Shown: piece by piece, positions 61,766 to 64,000 of the stretch
Layout of the letters: the number at the start of each line of letters is the position of its first letter
How positions within the stretch are numbered: the first letter of the stretch is position 1
Source of the DNA: Callorhinchus milii
Taxonomy: Eukaryota
Assembly: GCF_018977255.1 (NCBI RefSeq)
Contig: NW_024704742.1
Location: 1,614,001 to 1,678,000 of the forward strand
Length of the DNA: 64,000 bases
Direction: 5' to 3'
Translations under genes and position numbers: made by a program
Notes under the pieces: model-generated
Told to the model about the DNA's origin: nothing
What the model saw: only the letters and a program-made list of their open reading frames with translations
Database searches by the model: none

Positions 61766-62499
61766 TGTCTACCCTCACGGTCATCTCAGGTAATTAGGGC
61801 AGCAGCGACAAGGTGGAACCACACTCCAGCGAGGAGATGAAGCAGAATTATGGTGCAAATGCTGAGGTCCATAGACACTCCGCTTTACCAGGCCATCTAT
61901 CTTAGGCCGTTACAATGAGGTTCCCCTGCGCTTACTGGAAAACTTAGAGTGAGCTAACGGAACCGGTACAGGCAGACTCTCATTCCTGGTGATCGAGCCC
62001 TGGTTATCGTGTAGAGCTATTAATCGGGCTGGAGAGAATGAAAACGACTGGGGAAAGAACTCGAAATGGTCCCAAGGCCGTATTGTGGTTTGCGGCCCCA
62101 GCTCAGCTTGNTTTTTATCTGCCGATCCATTTATAGCAGTGATTTATTAATGCTTTCCTGATGTGGTTTCACATCACAGACCCTGATCTGTTTGATAATC
62201 GTTGCACTTATTTGCAATTGTGCTTTGATCTATCCACATTCCTGTGTAAAAGCTTTAAGTTAAACCCTAATAGTAAAGCCAGTTTACACTAACCATCGTT
62301 TGGTTCAGGTCTGTAGCGGTACCAATTGTTATACCCATTCAATGGATGGTAAAATACAGCCTGACTTTAAACTTACCTTTATTTAAAACAATATCCAGGA
62401 TTTTGACTTTAACGCACAAAGAAAAATGTGATGAGAGAAAACTGGATTCCTAAAATTAAATTCTGAGTCACCAACTCTGTAGCCCTTGTCCTTTCCCAC

Positions 62500-63040
62500 A
62501 CTAGGCTCCGTGGGCTTATCAGCCCCATCCTAGTCTGTCTTCACTGGCTCCCCACCCTCCAGAGGATAGAGTTCAAGACCCTCACTTTTAAATCCCTTCA
62601 CCCTCTTGCCCCACTGTACCTCTGTGACCTTCTTAAACCCTAACAACTCACCTGCTGCCTACTTTCAGCTGATCTGCCCCCAACTCTATGGAGCTCTATC
62701 CCATAGTCCCTCACCTCGCTCCTTCCGTCATCTCCTTCAAGTCTGGCTCAAGACTGTTATTCTTTCTTTACGTCTCCAGTCATCTTCCCAGTCCCCCCAT
62801 TTTCCTTGCCCCCCCCCCCCAATCTAATCCCCACCTCGGGAGCAACCTCTGGAATGTCAAGCACCTTGGGACGTCCTCCGAAGTGAGAGGGGGTCTATAA
62901 AGGCAATTTGTTGTGCTTGTTATGAGCACCAGAACTCTCCAGTGATTCCAAGTGAACAACACAGAACAATCTCGCCCCTTCCCTCCCCTCCTTCAAGGTC
63001 CATCTCAAGACTTTCCTCTTTGACCGTATCTTTGGTCGTC
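62500..63040 (+). mobile_element. Two tandem L2 3' fragments
   Basis: ISPILVCLHWLPTLQRIEFKTL-like region, then UTR and stem-loop to 62920; second CTTCAAGGTCCATCTCAAGAC fragment at 62930-63040. Confidence 0.82.
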
Positions 63041-64000
63041 TTAATATATTCTTGTTTAAAAAAACAAATTTTAATTCATGACCAAAAATTCCGCCTGAGT
63101 CTAGTGTTACTCTGTTAATGTAGCATTTACGATCAGCCAGAATTTGGCAATTTCTTAAATACTTATTTGTCTTTATTTTGAAGCTTTTTTTTAAATGTTC
63201 TTCAGAAAAAAAGGCTCGACAGTTTAGACTGAATTTAATCATTTGACAAATTCAAGTATGTAAAATAGTTCTAAATAGAGTCAGTCTAAACCCAGTGGAA
63301 TTGCACCCCCATCAGTCTTTAATTGGTAACCATTTTTTTCTAAAAAGATCATAGTTCTTTCAAGGTTACATCTGAAGTGTCTATTCAATGTTGAGAAGCA
63401 CTAACTAGCATTACTTGTCAGTTTCATAGCTCATCTTAAAATCCGCAGAAAGCCAGCCTTCAAATTAAGACTGAATTTAAGTACGCTGTAAAATTCTGTG
63501 CGATCTTAAATTATAAGACTTATGGTCTTTTGGCTAAGATCCGGGCCTCTGGTTCTTAAATAATAAATGTTAAATTATATTTTTTAAATACAGCTCTAAC
63601 AAATAGAAAGCGTGGTCTCGGATCTTTTGCATTGAATATTCGAGAGGCCAGATTGAATAAGAAATGGCAGCATTAATTAACCCCCAACTGTGCCTCATCT
63701 GGCTTAAATTCTGCACATGCTGTTGGCTGCTCCAGCACGAGAGTGCAGACGGTCTGGGAATGAGAAGGCCAGTGATTTGCAGCCTTGTCAGGGTGAATTA
63801 GAGGATTGATCTGGACCCAGAAAAGCCAATTGGCATTTTATCAAATGCTCAGTTTGAGTTGAAACCTGGTACAAGTTAAGATCCAGTTGTAACGCATTGT
63901 GCAATGGTATGCTTGGGTGTTTTTCTTTGGTCAGAGTTCCTCGGACTAGACTGGACACTTTTGGTGTAATCTTCTTGAGTACTCAAAATGAATAACAATA

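Noticed and set aside
54165..62111. Single N bases at 54165 and 62111
   Set aside because: Assembly ambiguities next to homopolymers, not biology.
1..64000. CRISPR arrays, operons, rRNA or true tRNA genes
   Set aside because: No regularly spaced repeat-spacer array or prokaryotic gene structure; tRNA-like segments are all SINE heads.

Overview
Eukaryotic, essentially non-coding DNA. The repeat content is tRNA-headed Deu/SacSINE1-type SINEs with an L2-type 3' stem-loop tail, plus many L2 and CR1 LINE 3' fragments. This points to a vertebrate, most likely a cartilaginous fish such as a chimaera/elephant shark (inference, not a database result). No intact protein-coding gene can be supported: the ORF track consists of chance ORFs, low-complexity ORFs and read-throughs of SINE/LINE remnants (only L2/CR1 reverse-transcriptase C-terminal peptides are recognisable). 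By eye there are roughly 40 SINE copies or fragments, over a dozen L2 and over a dozen CR1 fragments, and at least six copies of an unclassified ~600-bp A-tailed interspersed repeat. Transposon-poor islands (about 1-1.7 kb, 8.7-10.2 kb, 29.3-30.1 kb, 35.9-38.3 kb) look like promoter or enhancer sequence, so the window is probably a large intron or the upstream region of a gene whose identity I cannot establish. I found no convincing new multi-gene system. The best leads are the unclassified repeat, the modular SINE architecture, several near-perfect hairpins, small insertions with target duplications (two apparently templated from nearby DNA), and candidate regulatory modules. Repeat boundaries are approximate (about +/-20 bp).
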